Under the pieces are notes generated by a model. That model was given only the letters and a program-made list of their open reading frames with translations. It had not been told where the DNA came from and searched no databases. This document shows positions 26,956-40,760 of a DNA stretch of 64,000 bases, piece by piece (position 1 is the first letter of the stretch; each line of letters opens with the position of its first letter). The DNA is taken from assembly GCF_009834535.1 (NCBI RefSeq), contig NC_045696.1, positions 79,858,001-79,922,000 of the forward strand. The letters run 5' to 3'. The translations under genes and the position numbers were made by a program. The DNA is from Camelus ferus (lineage: Eukaryota).

Positions 26956-29509
26956 CAATCTGATGAAAATAATTCATTCAAAGTTAATAATGAATGATAA
27001 TGCCTTTATTTTCAGAAAAGACACAAATGTACATTACCATTTAAACTGCAACCTAAAGAAGTGACTAATGTGTCATTTTTGGCACTTTAAGTCATTGAGC
27101 ATTTTGGCTGCCGGAGAATTTTTTGATGCCTCACAAATTATCTACCTATCTCTAGATGTACCATTGCCTTGAAAAAAATTACATGCTTGAATGAAGGGAA
27201 GTATTGAGAAAAGGAGAAACTGAATCCTATAACACTAGCCTGAGGACAGGAGAAGGTGGGTTTCACCATGGGAGATCTCTGGTGGCCAAAATATAAGGAG
27301 AATACAGTGAAAGGAAAGAAAGGAGATGCCAGAACAGTGGCATGGACTATTTAAAGGAGTCTAGAAAAGTGCAGAGAGCAAATCTGAACATATCATAATC
27401 TTGCCGAATGTCCACCCTGCATATATATCACTCATAAAAATCAGAAAATTCTTGCATGTTACTTGGATAGGCCTCTGCTATCTTGGAAGAGTGAGCCAGT
27501 CTTCCACCAGTGAGCTGTTAACACTTGAACAGATTCTTTATTGTATCTTTGTGGGCTTTTCGCAAAAAGGTTTAATTGTTAGTGATGGTGTTTTGGTATG
27601 GTGGTTCTTCTAGATGGATTAAATTGAGAATGCCACATGTAAAATCGTTTTAAAGATCCATTCTCCTTGTGTCACAAGTGTCCTGTGTAACAATTCTGAC
27701 CACATCAATATAAAGATGTTCCCTGGGTACAAGCTACCTCGCTCCCAGCTCTACATTCAACTCATTCTGACCGTTTACACCATTCCTATCCTTTCAGTAG
27801 AGGAACCAGGCTTGCCTGAGCTGGGAGCATCCGACTCAACCAGCTTCACCATCCACATTCACCCTTTGGTTGACAACACCAGTATTGAAAACAATGGCAT
27901 CAACCTAGTATGTGTAGATTTCATGTTACAGGTTTCATAGATTTCAAATTGTTTTACAGTTATTATTACTTTTATACACACAACCTTCCAGAATATTGGT
28001 AGTATTAAAATCACCTTCATTCTAGAGATGGACCATAGAATGTACGGAAAAAGACTGGGATTAAGTGACTTTTCCAAGGTCAAGCATCTCCTGAAAAAGT
28101 AAGAGGTGTGGCTCCACAGCCTAGCTTCAGCCTGCACACTGGCCCACACAGTACTTTCCCCTCTCCTTTTCTTTTTCACTATTTGGTGCTTTATTTGGTT
28201 TTATTTTATTAATAAAAGATTGCATAACTGTTAAAACGTATATCATTTTAGTAAACTGTAGTTTAAATGGGTGTCTGTTAGCTGCCTTAAAAACCTCACC
28301 ACAGTGTATATATACTTTGGTTCTACTGGAAAATTGATTCCAAGTTCCGAAGAACCAGCTTACCATATTGGAGCCTGCATATGCCAGCTAATCACTCTTT
28401 TCTTTACCTGTAGGTCCCAGGCTCTTGAGAAACATGTAGCTGCATTTATGATAGTGGTCCAGTTGCACAATATAATAAATAATTAAGATGTGTTACCAGA
28501 CTGTATAGTCTCTACTTATTCTAAGATTTTTTTCTACCCAAGCAGAAATTAGGAGATAGAATGGCAAGCAGTAAGACTATTCTTTTTCCTTACTTCTAGG
28601 GAATTACAAGACAGTCCTGGCTAGTTTTGCTGTAAGCTGTTCTTCTGCTGTGAATGGATTTATTTTCTGCTCTGTATACTATTCTTTCCAACTGCTTTAC
28701 ATTTTATATTGGCTCCAGAATCTGCTGGTGTGAACTACTGAAAGCAAAATTAGATTCAGGACTGTCTGTTTTTACATAGCCAGACTCTCCTCTTGAGATT
28801 TTGTCCCTTCTGAGGATGACCTAAGATGACATTCTTTGCTTTTTCCTCATCTTTCTTCTTCCTTTGATTCTCCAAGAAGTTGCATAAAACTTCATGATTA
28901 TGTTTAAGATTAGAGAAACATATGTTCTGGATTTTCACCCATACCAAAAGGTGAGGGTGCCCTCTGGTGATGAAGAAACATCCCAAGGATGGCGGCTCAA
29001 TTCTTGGTCATGGTAGAGTGATCTGGGTTATGGTGGGGCAGGAGACAGGTCACCAATAAGAGTGTTCCCCCAGAGGAATGCCCCAGAAAGAAACCTTCAA
29101 GAATAAGCACTAAGCAAGCTTCTCGGGTTTATCAGACTCCATAAACACTCTTCAGAGAGTCAGGGCAGCGAATTATTTAATTGGATGCTGCTCTGTGATA
29201 CCAGTCAGTCTCTACCCTGGAGTTAGACTGTTGGCTTCAGGCCAAACCCATTACTGTGTTATCATTATTTATGATTTCCTTGAGACTCAGATATTAGTTC
29301 ATTCATCTGGAAAAGGAAAGAATTCACTTTTAGATTTTTCTTTTCTCACAAGAGTAGCAGGAAATACTTTTATGGAAACTGCCCCTAGCATCTGACACTG
29401 AGTCACCACAGGACCTGGACTATTACCATATTTAAGGACTCAAGTGCCTTCACACATGCTTTTGTCATTTGACTTTGTCCTTAGGAATGGTGCCAATGTC
29501 TCAGTTTCC

Positions 29510-30080
29510 TATTAGCCTATAGTCACTGCCTAGTTTAGGCTCATTCATTATCTCTCAGGAGAATTTCGACAATGATCTCCCATCTCCAGTCTTCTCACCC
29601 TCAAATGCATCCTCTAACAAGTTGCCAAGGTTCTCTCTCTAAACCACAGAACTTGCCATGTCATTTAATACCTAAAACCTGCAGGATAAAATCCAAGTTC
29701 CTTCATGCCTTCTCCCTGCCTTCCCTGCCTGCTCTAAACTTAGCAAGAAGGTCCTGATGGGATTGTCTCACTCTTCCTTCTTCTAAGCTGTGCACCTGTG
29801 TTCAGGTTGTACCCTATACCCAGAATGACTTTCTCAGGCTTATTCTCCCTTTGCTGGACTAATCCTCCTCATCACTTTTTTAGGCTGAACCAGGTTCTCA
29901 TCTCCTCTCTAGGTCTCCCTCCCTGAACACACCAACTCTCTCAGCTGTATTTGTGTATATATATCAATTATTCCACTTTACTATAATTATCTTTGTGCAT
30001 GTTTGCCTCTCCATTAGACGTTAATGATAGGAAATGGCTTATTCATCTTAGAGTCCCCATCTTTGTGGAATGAATGAATT
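29510..30080 (+). mobile_element. L2 LINE 3' fragment
   Basis: tgcctagtttaggctcattcattatctctc...caggataaaatccaagttcctt..., ending in gaatgaatgaa. Confidence 0.65.
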
Positions 30081-31254
30081 CATAAAGTATGCAAACATGA
30101 GTCTAACAAAAACATGTACTCAGATCCCTTCCAAATCCATATGGCCCTACCAAGACTCCCACTCCTCCTAAATCCATACCTAAAAAGCAAAGTAGAGACA
30201 CCCCAGTACAGCCAGAGGCTGTCACTGTTCCTGCTAAACACAAGAGATCTCAGCTGGGTTAAGATCCCATATTACAATCCTTCAATTGTTCCCCAGCCTC
30301 CATAGGAAAAAGTCCAAACTCATCTGCCTGGAATCCAAGGCTACCATAATCTGTCCCCAACACAATTTCCTGGCCCTCTTTTCTTTTACACAAACCCTCT
30401 GCCTCTCCTCAGATTCTGCATTAATACTTTCCACCTTCAATGCCCTTGTATGTAATATGACTCTTGGACAAAGGGAAAAAAAAACAAAAGCTCTCTTTTT
30501 TTCATCACCACTTTGAAATAATGATAGCCATTTTTCAGGTCTTAGCACTCAATCAGTCCATTACAGCCAAAAGTCATCATTTCCCCCTTTAAAATTCTAT
30601 AGCATTTATGCCCTGTACTTCTTAGGTAACATGATGTACTTAACATTTGCATAGTTCCTTATGGCTATAAAACTGCCTTATATTTTGATTACTCTTTTCA
30701 AATGTAGCTGTTACATCAATACTCAAGTTGGCATCTCACAGAGGTCAGCATCACATCCTTGTACTTTCGCCTGTGGTCATGACTCCAGGCCTTATTGTAA
30801 TAAACATAATAAACTTTTGCTGATAATGTTGGTAACTCCATTCTGGGGCTCCACATAGAAAAAAATAATCATCCAAAATAAAATCAAACTTTCATACATA
30901 ATCTGAGATGCATTTTACTCATCTAGGCCTCTTCAACCAGGCATACATTTTCTATGGGAGTAATAACACATCTCTTGATACAGCCAGGAAAGGAAAAGTT
31001 GACATTGTCAGATTAATAAGCCAGAACAAAGAAGAGCACATGTCTGCTGGTGAGATAAGTATGGGAAAGGGATAGGTGAGGAGGGCCAGGTATCAAAAGG
31101 CAATATAATTACCATCACTGTTCAATCAACCACAGTAATGCAGTTTTTAGAGTGCATCAGTGGTTGACAGTTTAGCAAGAAATTAGCATCATGGAAGTCC
31201 AACAAAAGATTAAATAAAGTCTTGTAAAAAATGCTCAGGAAAAGAATGGCAACA

Positions 31255-31490
31255 TGAGAATAGTACAGAACCATGGTTAAAAGGCCAAATTTTGATGAGA
31301 AATATATCTGTTTCAATTCTGACCCTTTTGCCATCTTTTTAGAAAGTTAGCCTCCTAAATTTGAAGAATCTCAGTTTTCTAATCTCATAGCTTGGTTGTA
31401 AGAATTAAATGAGATGTAAAACCAATTTCTATATATATGGTAAGCATTCAATAAATATTGGTTGCTATTACAAATAACAGTACTATTATT
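31255..31490 (+). mobile_element. MIR SINE
   Basis: ggttgtaagaattaaatgagatg...atggtaagcattcaataaatattggttgctatta. Confidence 0.65.
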
Positions 31491-31949
31491 ATTGTTTATG
31501 ATGGGGCATCAATTGAGAATCTAGGGATAGGCAGTATTTGAATTTCCAGGCTAAGAGACAGGCAGTGAACTTCAAGAATAATTCTCATCCATTAACTGGG
31601 AAATCTTGCAGGAGCAAGTGTGGCTAGAACTCCATAATAACCATATCTGGAATGATAATCAAGGTAGGAACATATTAATTGGATTTAGTCTGCAAAAGGT
31701 AGACCCCTGGTCTCAGGGATAACATTCAGCTATTAGAACTGGGCAATAAGGCACAGAGGCAGACTGTGTTATAAAAGTCTAGAAACCAAACTGTAACCTC
31801 TTCAATGTCCATCAACTACTGAAATACATGAACCCACAGTTGTACAGGCTGAGCCTCCTGATGAACCTCAAATGACTAGGAGTAGTGGAGTGGGCGAGAG
31901 GATGACCAGGGAAAAGTGCAAACAAAAGCAGATATAAATTACTGAGCAC

Positions 31950-32423
31950 CATATTAGCTGGGTTCTCCAGAGAAACAGAACCAATAGGAGATAAATATAT
32001 GGGGAATTGGCTTATGTGATAATGGGGACTGAGAAGTCCTAGGATCTGTAGTTGGCAAGCTGAAGAGTCAAGAGACCAGGGCTATAGTTCTGGTCTGAGT
32101 TTAAAGGCCTAAGACCCCACGAGCCAATGGTATCTAAGATCCAATCCAAGTCTGAGTCCAAAGGAAGAAGAAGACCTGTCTCAGCTTGAAGACAATCAGA
32201 AAGTGAATCCACACTTACTCAGCCTTTTGCTCTACTCAGGCCTTCAACAGATTGGATGAGCCATACCCACACTGGGGAGGGCAATTTGCTTCACTCAGCC
32301 TATGTACTTAAATGCTGATCTCACCCAAAAACACCACCCAAAAGCAAACACAGAATAATATTTAATCAAATATCTGGGCACACCATACCCCAGTCAAGCT
32401 GACACATAAAATTAGCCACCACA
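31950..32423 (-). mobile_element. MLT2-type (ERVL) solo LTR with perfect 5-bp TSD
   Basis: tattagctgggttctccagagaaacagaaccaatagga ... gacacataaaattagccaccaca. TSD agcac at 31945-31949 and 32424-32428. Confidence 0.88.
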
Positions 32424-32489
32424 AGCACCCACTACTTACCAGGTATTGTAAGAGGCACTATAATGGTAGCCTCCTGTGGCTTAGTCTAG

Positions 32490-32677
32490 ACCGGTGCTTC
32501 CAGAGTTGATGGGGATGTTCTGTCATTCAATACAATAGCCACCAGCCACAGGTGACAACTGAGCACTTGAGATGTGCTTTGTGTACCTGAGACACTGAAT
32601 TTTTCTATTTTAATTTTAATTCACTTAAATGTAAACAGCCACATATAGCTAGTGGCAACTATATCAAACAATACAGG
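32490..32677. mobile_element. MER3/MER33-like hAT-Charlie MITE
   Basis: aatacaatagccaccagccacaggtgacaactgagcacttgagatgtgc...cagccacatatagctagtggcaactata; flanked by gtctaga / gtttagg (Charlie-type target). Confidence 0.8.
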
Positions 32678-33156
32678 TTTAGGGAAAGAAGGTAATAAAC
32701 AAGTACACCAACAAATAATTACAAGATATGAGACTTATGCAGGAAAAGGATAAGGTTCTGGTTGGGGTAGGGCAGAACTTATTTAGATAAAATGGTCAGA
32801 GTAGGCCTCACTGAAGAGGTTATCAATGTTTAAGCTAAATCCTAAAAGGCCGAAATCTTGAGAAGCAGCAGCCAGATGAATAATTGAGGGAATAGATTCC
32901 AGGCCGGAGGAACCACATGCACAAATGCCCCAAGGTGGGAAATTTCGTATTTGCTCTGAGCAATTGAATAAGCCACAGTTGACTGGAGGGTGATGGAAAA
33001 TGTGTTGAAGAGGAAAATAAGGATAGCGTATTACAAAAGTGGTAGGCCATGGTAGGAGCTTGGATTTTAGTGAGGTAATCTACAGTTACATTTTGTAAAG
33101 ATAACTGTGGCTGACTGCTAAGTAGAAAATACATGAGCCTGCAGAAAGAGGCTTTT

Positions 33157-33190
33157 TGTGTGTGTATGCGTGTGTGTGTGTGTTTGCGTG
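33157..33190. repeat. Imperfect (TG)n microsatellite
   Basis: tgtgtgtgtatgcgtgtgtgtgtgtgtttgcgtg. Confidence 0.85.
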
Positions 33191-33759
33191 AGTTAATTTG
33201 CTAGTGTGGCACTCTTCCCAATCAGAATATAATCTCTTTTAATATTAGTATGTATTTGTATTCAAAAGGAATACTGAATTAGTATTAACTTAAAAAACTA
33301 ATGGCATGTACATACATATGTTCTTGAGCTTTTTTAAGTACAGGAAAAAGGAAACAACTTCCTAAATATGTCGAAAATAAAGAATTCTGTAGTTAGAACC
33401 ATCTGATAGACACACGTCTGAGAAGTACCAATGCCAGTTACATAAATGAAACAGCTGCATACAAACCCCAGAAGATTATCCTTAGACTTTGGAGAGAGGT
33501 CAATTTCCAGTTGTAGAAGAAAGAAAAGGAGATACTTAAATAAGGTGAAAAGACAACCAGGAAACTGACTAGCATCAAAAAAAAAGGGGGGAGCCATGGA
33601 GAAAGATGAAAGCAACTGGAGTCAATTAATAACCCAGGAAGAGAAGATTAATAAATTATTGAGAGGATATGTAGAACCACTATTCAGGTCTAGTTGGGGT
33701 TGCATTAACCCTGAATAGAAAACTGAAGCTCACAGACTAAAACTGCAGAAGATGCTCTG

Positions 33760-33920
33760 CATGGCTGTGAAACTCTGGAATCAGTGAGCAAAGTAGAGCA
33801 ATGTCCTTCTGTGGAGGTCTTTAAAACAGAGTAGATTCTCATCAGTCTCATTTGAAAGGTTTAAGTGTGATCCTGCCCAAAGGCAAGGTGCTGAACGAAT
33901 GACTTTTCAATGTCCCAGAC
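33760..33920 (+). mobile_element. CR1/L3-type LINE 3' end remnant
   Basis: ggaggtctttaaaacagagtagattctcatc...aaggtttaagtgtgatcctgcccaaaggcaagg...atgacttttcaatgtccc. Confidence 0.55.
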
Positions 33921-34807
33921 AGTCAGCCCAGCGAGACCACACAGTTGATGGTGTGCTGTGATCGTCTTTGTTTACCCATATCTTATTGTTTTACACCACC
34001 ATGTGGCCACACTGAGTAGAAATGCTATAAATTTTGAATCTGAACAGAGGCCTTGAGAAATGCCAGTAACACATTCTCATACTTTCAGAATGGCACAGTC
34101 TGTTCAGGAATATGCAATGTGTAAATTCACCTGGCATGAATGATCCTTTTATAGTATTAATTTGGAAAACAAAACTTATACCTATCTTATAAATAATACA
34201 TCAAAGTCTTTTATTGTGTATTTGCCACTGTCTAGAAATAGGATTTGGTTCACAATAAGCTGAGTTCGTGACATAAAAATCTTTTATTTTAGATGCATAC
34301 ATATTTGAAAGCCAGATTCTGACCCTTTTACATTTAACAGATGTATTAAGTAAAGTAAGTGTGACTTTTATAAAATGAATTCAAATATAGTATCAAAAGA
34401 ATAGCAGATCTGCTTGCAGAAAAATAATAATTGTTGACACGTGACAGAAGATATCATGTTAAAAAATAATTTTAAATACAACACATCAGGCCCCTGGGCT
34501 CCCTGGTACCTTTTCTCTTTAATTTATGTAATAAATACATCAGCATCCATTAGCATTCATTAAGCTCTCATATGAGCTAAATGTACTGGACTCTACATTG
34601 GACAAATTAAACTGGCAAAGCCCAATCTCTCCCTTTGTTCTCATGTCACCTCCACTACAAGAGCATTTTGTTAAATATAGACAGTGAGGCAGCCCTAGGA
34701 CCAGGCTGCTTGTGTTACAATCCTAGTAAACCATGTAACTCGGTAGACCTCAGGTTTTTGGTAACAAGAATTTGATTTTTTTAGTTTAAATAATGTTTTG
34801 TCGTTTA

Positions 34808-36620
34808 GCCAACAAACATTTATCGTGTGACTGCCGCATTAACAGTGCCAGGCACTACTCTGGACATTGCAGACAGAGCAGAGACTAAAACAAACAAAAA
34901 TCCCTGCCTTCAGGGAGCTTACACCCTAGTAAAGAGCCAGACAGTAAATAGTTTACACTTTGTGGGCCATGAGGTCTCTGCCGTAATCATTCAACTCTGC
35001 CACTGTAACACAAAAGTAGTCAAAGACAACACATAAACAATGCACAAACGACCGCCCATTGCTATGTTGCAGTAGAACTTTACAAACACAACTCGCAGAC
35101 CCACAGCCCATAATTTGTGAAGCCCTACTGTAGAGGAAGACAGCCATAAACATGACCAAAATTAATAACAAAATAACCACTACGTGGGATGGCGATAAGG
35201 ACTGTGGAAAAGGTAAAAACAAGTGAGAGTATGGGTAGTATTGGAGCGTGCCTGGGCGGTCCTTACCGAGAGAGTAACACCCGATAACGACCTGAAGGAA
35301 GTGAGCAGGGGGTGACTCGGGAAAGAGAACTCTAGGACAGGGGCCGACAGCTGCAAAACCCCAGAGGCAACAGTGTTTCCTCTTTATGAGGAAAGCAGGA
35401 CCAAGTAGGAAATGAGGTCAGAGAATTAACATGTGACCAGCTGGCATGAGGCTCAAATGCCATTTTCAAGACTGGTTTTCACTCTGAGTGAGATAGGAAG
35501 CCCCTGCAGTTTTAAGCACAGCAGGGACCTACTCTGGTGCAGTAATTTGAATGGAATTGTTCTGGCTGCTGTGTTGAGCACTGATGTAGTGGGAAGCAGG
35601 GAGTCCAGTTTAGAGGCTGCTGTGGTCATCGTGGTGAGACATGATGGACCACATGGCAATGCTGGAAATGCTGAGAAGTGGCAGGATTCTGAAACAGGTT
35701 AAAGATAACCTGACCAGTTATTGGATGGGGAATGAGAGAAAGAAAGGAGTCAATAATGACTCCAAGATTTTTCACCTGAGAAATTGGATGGATGAAGAGG
35801 ACTACTAGAGACTGGGGGAGAGGAAGCAAGGAAGATCAGGGTCTCAGATATAGAAATAAGTTCAAAATACCTATTAGGTATCTAAGTAGAGGCGTCAAGA
35901 AGGCAACTTTTGAGTCTGGAGAGCTAAGAAGAGCATTAAACTCAGGGTATAAATGTAAGAGTTGTCAACCCACAGACGGTGTTTAGAGCTACAAACTGGT
36001 GAGACCACTAAGGGACTGATTACAGAAAGAGAAGGGGTCCAAGTGTTGTGCACTGGGGAACTCCAAAGTTAGGAGTCCAGGGAGATGAGGAGATGCCAGC
36101 AAAGGAGACTGAAAAGAGCAACCAGTAAGACAGGAGGGAAACCAAAAAGAACAGAGTTGTGGAAGCCACGAGGGGACGCGGATACTGGAGGAACAATCAC
36201 ATCAGCTGTACCTGAGAGTATGTGTAAAATGAAGACTGAGAATTGAGCCACTGCATTAGGAGTGTGGAGACAATCAGGCACACTGACAAGAGCAGTTTCA
36301 GTGAAGTGGTAGGAATAAGAGCCTTGCTGGAGTGAGTTCCAGAGGAGGGTTTTTGTTCTTTTGTTTGCTTGCATTCTGTGTTTTGTGTTGTGTGTTTTTT
36401 TTAAGAAAAAGAAAGAACTGAGATGATAACTGGAAGTTAAGTGGATCAAGAGAGGCTTTTGGGTGTTTCGTTTGTTTTAAGGTGGTAGGAAGAACAACAT
36501 TTTTGTGTGTTGGTAGAAAACTTCCAAGAGAAAAGGAGAAATTTAAAGAGAGAGCGAGGGGGAAGGAGAGAAAGAGAAAGACTTTCTGGAGCAGTTTCCA
36601 TGGGTGGGAAGGTGGGATGA
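34808..36620 (-). mobile_element. L2a-like LINE fragment (~1.6 kb) interrupted by MER58
   Basis: aacaaacatttat...gtgccaggcactactctgg...aatccctgccttcagggagcttaca; aggagtcaataatgactccaagattttt; ctgacaagagcagtttcagtgaagtggtagg. Confidence 0.85.
34930..35128. mobile_element. MER58A-like hAT-Charlie MITE nested in L2
   Basis: aaagagccagacagtaaatagtttacactttgtgggccatgaggtctctg...tcaactctgccactgtaacacaaaagtag; the L2 resumes at tagaggaagacag. Confidence 0.8.
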
Positions 36621-38012
36621 GATCTGGTGCAGGCCTGTGGGTGGGCGAGATTCACACTCCGCCGTGTAAAGTGCTTACTGTGGTGCTTAGCACTTAGTAA
36701 AGGCTCAAAACTGACAGATACTAAACCACCGACCATCAAAGGGGTTTGGCTGACATGATCTCACAGTCCCATGCAGCTACAACATTCAGTAGATTAATAA
36801 AAGGAAGCTGAATAGAATACAGACAATGAAATGCAGACATTTAGAAGCAACGCTGAATTGCACTGACCAGCATCTAGGATACTGGTCTAAAGGAAAACAG
36901 AAGAAAAGTAGGAAGAGTAAGTGATCATTGTTTTCTTTTGATTCATGAAGTGAGTCAGCCAAAACCAGGCTCCCACAAGCTATTTGACTCCTTGTAGATT
37001 CTCTGGGTTAATTAATTAATTAATTATCTTTGCCCTTGAGAAATTCAGCATGATGGAAAACCCCTATCTCTTGCCTCACAAATATTGTGTGGTATAATGT
37101 TATTTCCATGCCCTTTTCGTATTCTCCCACTGAGTTTTATACTGATTCACAGAGGCTGGACTGTAGGACAGAGCCATGATAGGGCACCAGACAAAGGAAG
37201 GTGGGTGGTGGAAGCATAACCGCCACTTCCGTGGGCAGAAAGTGGGGTTGGAGCAACTACAACCTAAATCGTTTTCCTACAGCTCTGTGCCAGGTACTGG
37301 AGGAAACACAGTGTACGTATGGAAAACTTCTCAGTAAATGTGTAGCTTTATGAAACCCATGTATAGTTACTTAACACTAGTATCTTTTAAAAATTCTAAT
37401 AATTGTGTTTCACTGAGGGCAGGTAACAAATTTCAATGAATCTTAATTCCTCCCTTATTTCAATACAGATTTGAACATGTATTCCTTTGGGGGAAAAAAA
37501 AAACAAACCCTGAACCCCTGGATATAAGAAAATCATACTTAAGAAAGCAGCAATTTGACAACACATTATAGTAGAAAAAGCAACTTTTGGAAAACATTAA
37601 TAAAAATGCGAAAACTCCTAATTGTACAATGGTGAACTCAAAACCAAATCATCGAAAGCTTTAAAAATGCAGGAAAGCCCTAGAAACCCACTGTGGTGAC
37701 CTACTTTCTCTTTTTTCACAGTTATTCCAATCCAAGGATGGCAATCACTAATGTGATAGAAACAGTGGATTTAGATTTTACTTAACTCGACACTGTGTCT
37801 ATGATACAGGATTGTCTTTTACAGTTTTTCCATGTTTCAAAAGTATAAAGTTTCTTTCCAAAACTGATCAATAATTTCAGTACGATATGTACGTTCTCCC
37901 TGAAACATCTGAGGGGACCCATGGCCAGAATGCATAGAAGCTGACATCTGACTGCTGACTGACAATTATACCAATGCTTGCCACCTGTTGCTCAACCTAA
38001 TCTGTTGATCTT

Positions 38013-38193
38013 AGAATTAGGCAAACTATGCCAAATCTGGCCGAGCACTTTTTTTTTTTTTTTGTAAATAAAGTCTTATTTGTTTACTTATTGCCTACAG
38101 ATGCTTCCGAAAGGCAACGGGGAGTAGGTATGGACCACAAAGCCTAAAATATTTACTGTCTGACCCTTTACCGAAAAAGGTTGCCCAGCCCTG
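38013..38193. mobile_element. MER58-like MITE, opposite orientation to the 34930 copy
   Basis: ggcaaactatgccaaatctggcc...gtaaataaag...atggaccacaaagcctaaaatatttactgtctgaccctttaccgaaaaaggttgcccagccctg. Confidence 0.8.
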
Positions 38194-39802
38194 TTTTAAC
38201 TAATGCCTGGTGTCCTCATTTAGCAGTGTTTGTTTCAGCCGTATTTACATATCCAAATGCTGATGGCAGGAGGAATCAGAGTGTAGAATCAAGCCATCAC
38301 TTAAGAGTACCCAGCTTCTGTGAATACAGTGTGTGCTGCCCCTCAGAGTGAGATTTTATGTTTTTCCTCAATTTCTTAGCTTGTTAAATGGGTATCTACT
38401 AGGGGACAGGCACCAAATGTCAAGTAGAGTGACTTTTTAGGTTGTCACAGGAAGAAAATTTTTCCAAGCGTTTCTATCAAAATGCAAATATTTGAGGTTT
38501 ACTTGTGCTCCTCTCTAGCCTGATTTTTACAACTTGTTTTCTACCTCATATGTGTTCATGTGACATCAAAACCTGCTAGCTCACTTTATCTTGCTAAACT
38601 AGGGCTTTGAAAAATATAAAAGGATTCCTAAAAGATTAGTTATTCTTAAATTACTGTCATTAATTTTGAAATGTCAGTGGGCAGCTTCTTTCCAATAACA
38701 CATGTGTAAAGAGAGAAATACTGAGCTGAATAATCCTTCAAATGGTATCTTTTTCCCAAGGTTGATCTTTAAGAGTCCTAATTTTTGTCTGTCCTGAGCA
38801 AGAATCTAAACATTCTAATTCTTCAGCAGAGCACCCCAGTAAGTTTCCAGCTGCTGTGCCTTAAACAACCTATATTTAGGGGAGGAAAATGTCTAATTCA
38901 ATTTTCAATGATGTCAAGAAACAACACGTATCTGCAGGCAAAGATAAGAAAAACGTTCAAGGTACACAGTGATAGGTCTGCTTAAATAAACAAACTTTTG
39001 GTCCTAGTGATTAGGTACACAGGATTATTATATGTTTAATTGGCCAACGTGACAATTTGGAATTACTTCTAGTCACATTTAATTAGATTTGGAATCTCTG
39101 GAGGAAAGAAATAGAGAGGTCTAGCAGAGAAACAGTCATAAAAGTAAACTGTTTTTCCAAAGGGTGCTAAGCAATGAATTAATATCCATTGCACAATAGT
39201 TTTTAATATCCTCTCAGCTTAATAAGACTAATGCGATGGTTGTACACACTAAATTCTAAAACTAATTCAATTAAGCACAAAGGCTGGGGGAGGGGAGTGT
39301 TTGTTCAATTGGAATTTTTTTATTTTCAATTTTAAGGAGGCTAGTTAAATCAGAGGTGAATAATCTTTAACTTGGGTAAAATCTAAGATATGCTTAAATA
39401 TACAATAGTTAGCTATCTATGCTCTGCTAGGTTGGAAGGCATTCTAGAGTCCACAAAATACGGGTTACTCTATAAGTGCTCTGAAGCTTAATAAGAGGTA
39501 ACCAAAACAAAGCATTCTCTCATAGTCTTTAAATATTCTTATACTGTACAAACAAAAATCACACAGAAGACAAATGGCGTGTTCCTTCTCTTATACTTTT
39601 AGTTTAGCTACCAAAAAAAAAAAAAAAAAAAGAAAGACCTACTTTCTACATTCTAAAATGTGCCTTCTGCTTTGCTTAATATTAGCCTAGTCTAATTTAT
39701 ACATTACAAAATCTTCTTCAGTATTTATATATACTGCCTGTTATGGTCTTCCTTCTGTCCTATAAATTTGTTTTTAAAAAAAAAATCTGTCCTTGTTCGT
39801 AG

Positions 39803-39887
39803 GAGTGCCATGATTGCTGACTACATGTTCTGGCTCTGTGGAGGAAGTGAACAGTGTATAAGCAAGCTCATCAAACTGTATTGGCAG
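39803..39887 (+). CDS. SPATA16: SPATA16 internal coding exon (human exon 5 equivalent), phase 2-0, (R)SAMIADYMFWLCGGSEQCISKLIKLYWQ
   Basis: Acceptor ctgtccttgttcgtAG (AG 39801-39802), donor CAG|gtaaaa at 39888, 85 nt. Its first G completes the split Arg codon CG|G from the previous exon. Not in the ORF track; read by hand. Confidence 0.96.
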
Positions 39888-40424
39888 GTAAAAACTGATG
39901 TCCCAACTAGGGAGATGGAGCCCATTTCATTTTTAGAACCAAAATGAAGGATTGGTGCTTCAAAGACTGCTGAAAAAGGTAGCTCTGGGCATATCAATCA
40001 GAAGAACACTACTCAGTAGTAATGTATTTATAATGAAGTAGATTTTCGGAGACTAATTTTAAGGGCAAAATTCAAGGTTGTTAACCCTTGGCCCATACTT
40101 CAGTTTTACAACCCAATATAAATTTTAGACATCCCAGGAACTAGTTTCCCAGGCATGCTGCTATAATGACATGATCCTCTAAAATATGAACATTGTATTT
40201 TCATAGATTCTTCTTGATCTATGACCTGTAAAAGATTGCTAGGAGTAATACCAATTACATAATAAATGAAAATACGGAGATTCATCGTATTTGTGGAGTA
40301 ACACGCAGTATTTGAATAACAATACAATAACAAACTGCAGATCTTCTTTCTTATTTATTATTCAAAATGGAAGCAAGAAGTCATACCAAAGGTCAACTAC
40401 ATGTCAAGAAGAAAGTCATAATTT

Positions 40425-40760
40425 CTTAGAATTATAAGAAGTTAGAATTTACTAGTTCCATTTCCTTCACAATGTACAATCCTATCCTATCCTTCTCCCA
40501 CAAACTGTCAATGACTTTCCACTGAAATAGATTCAAAGTGAAGAGCTCACTTATCTCCAAGAAAAAATTTGCTAATTATTAAACTGTTCTCCTCATTTAA
40601 AGTGGATTTCTACTCCCTTAAAACTTCCATCAAGTGGTTTCCAGTGAAGCCACACGGACCAAATGGAAACCCACTTTCAAATGAAATTTTTTCAAATATT
40701 TGAAAATCAAGTACAGAAGCCAACTCCACCCCCTATATCTCCTCCTCTCCAGACTGTGTG
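40425..40760 (-). mobile_element. CR1/L3 LINE remnant
   Basis: gagctcacttatctccaag...ttcaaatatttgaaaatc...ctcctcctctccagactg resembles the antisense L3 3' region. Confidence 0.5.

Larger units (their letters stand above)
31935..33135 (-). mobile_element. L2 LINE fragment hosting the MLT2 and MER3 insertions
   Basis: aaattactgagcac|ccactacttaccagg... joins across the LTR and continues as atggtcagagtaggcctcactgaagaggt...ggccatggtaggagcttggatttta. Confidence 0.7.
5471..39802 (+). other. SPATA16: SPATA16 intron, GT-AG, 34,332 nt
   Basis: Defined by the flanking splice sites and a continuous reading frame across the junction. Confidence 0.9.
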
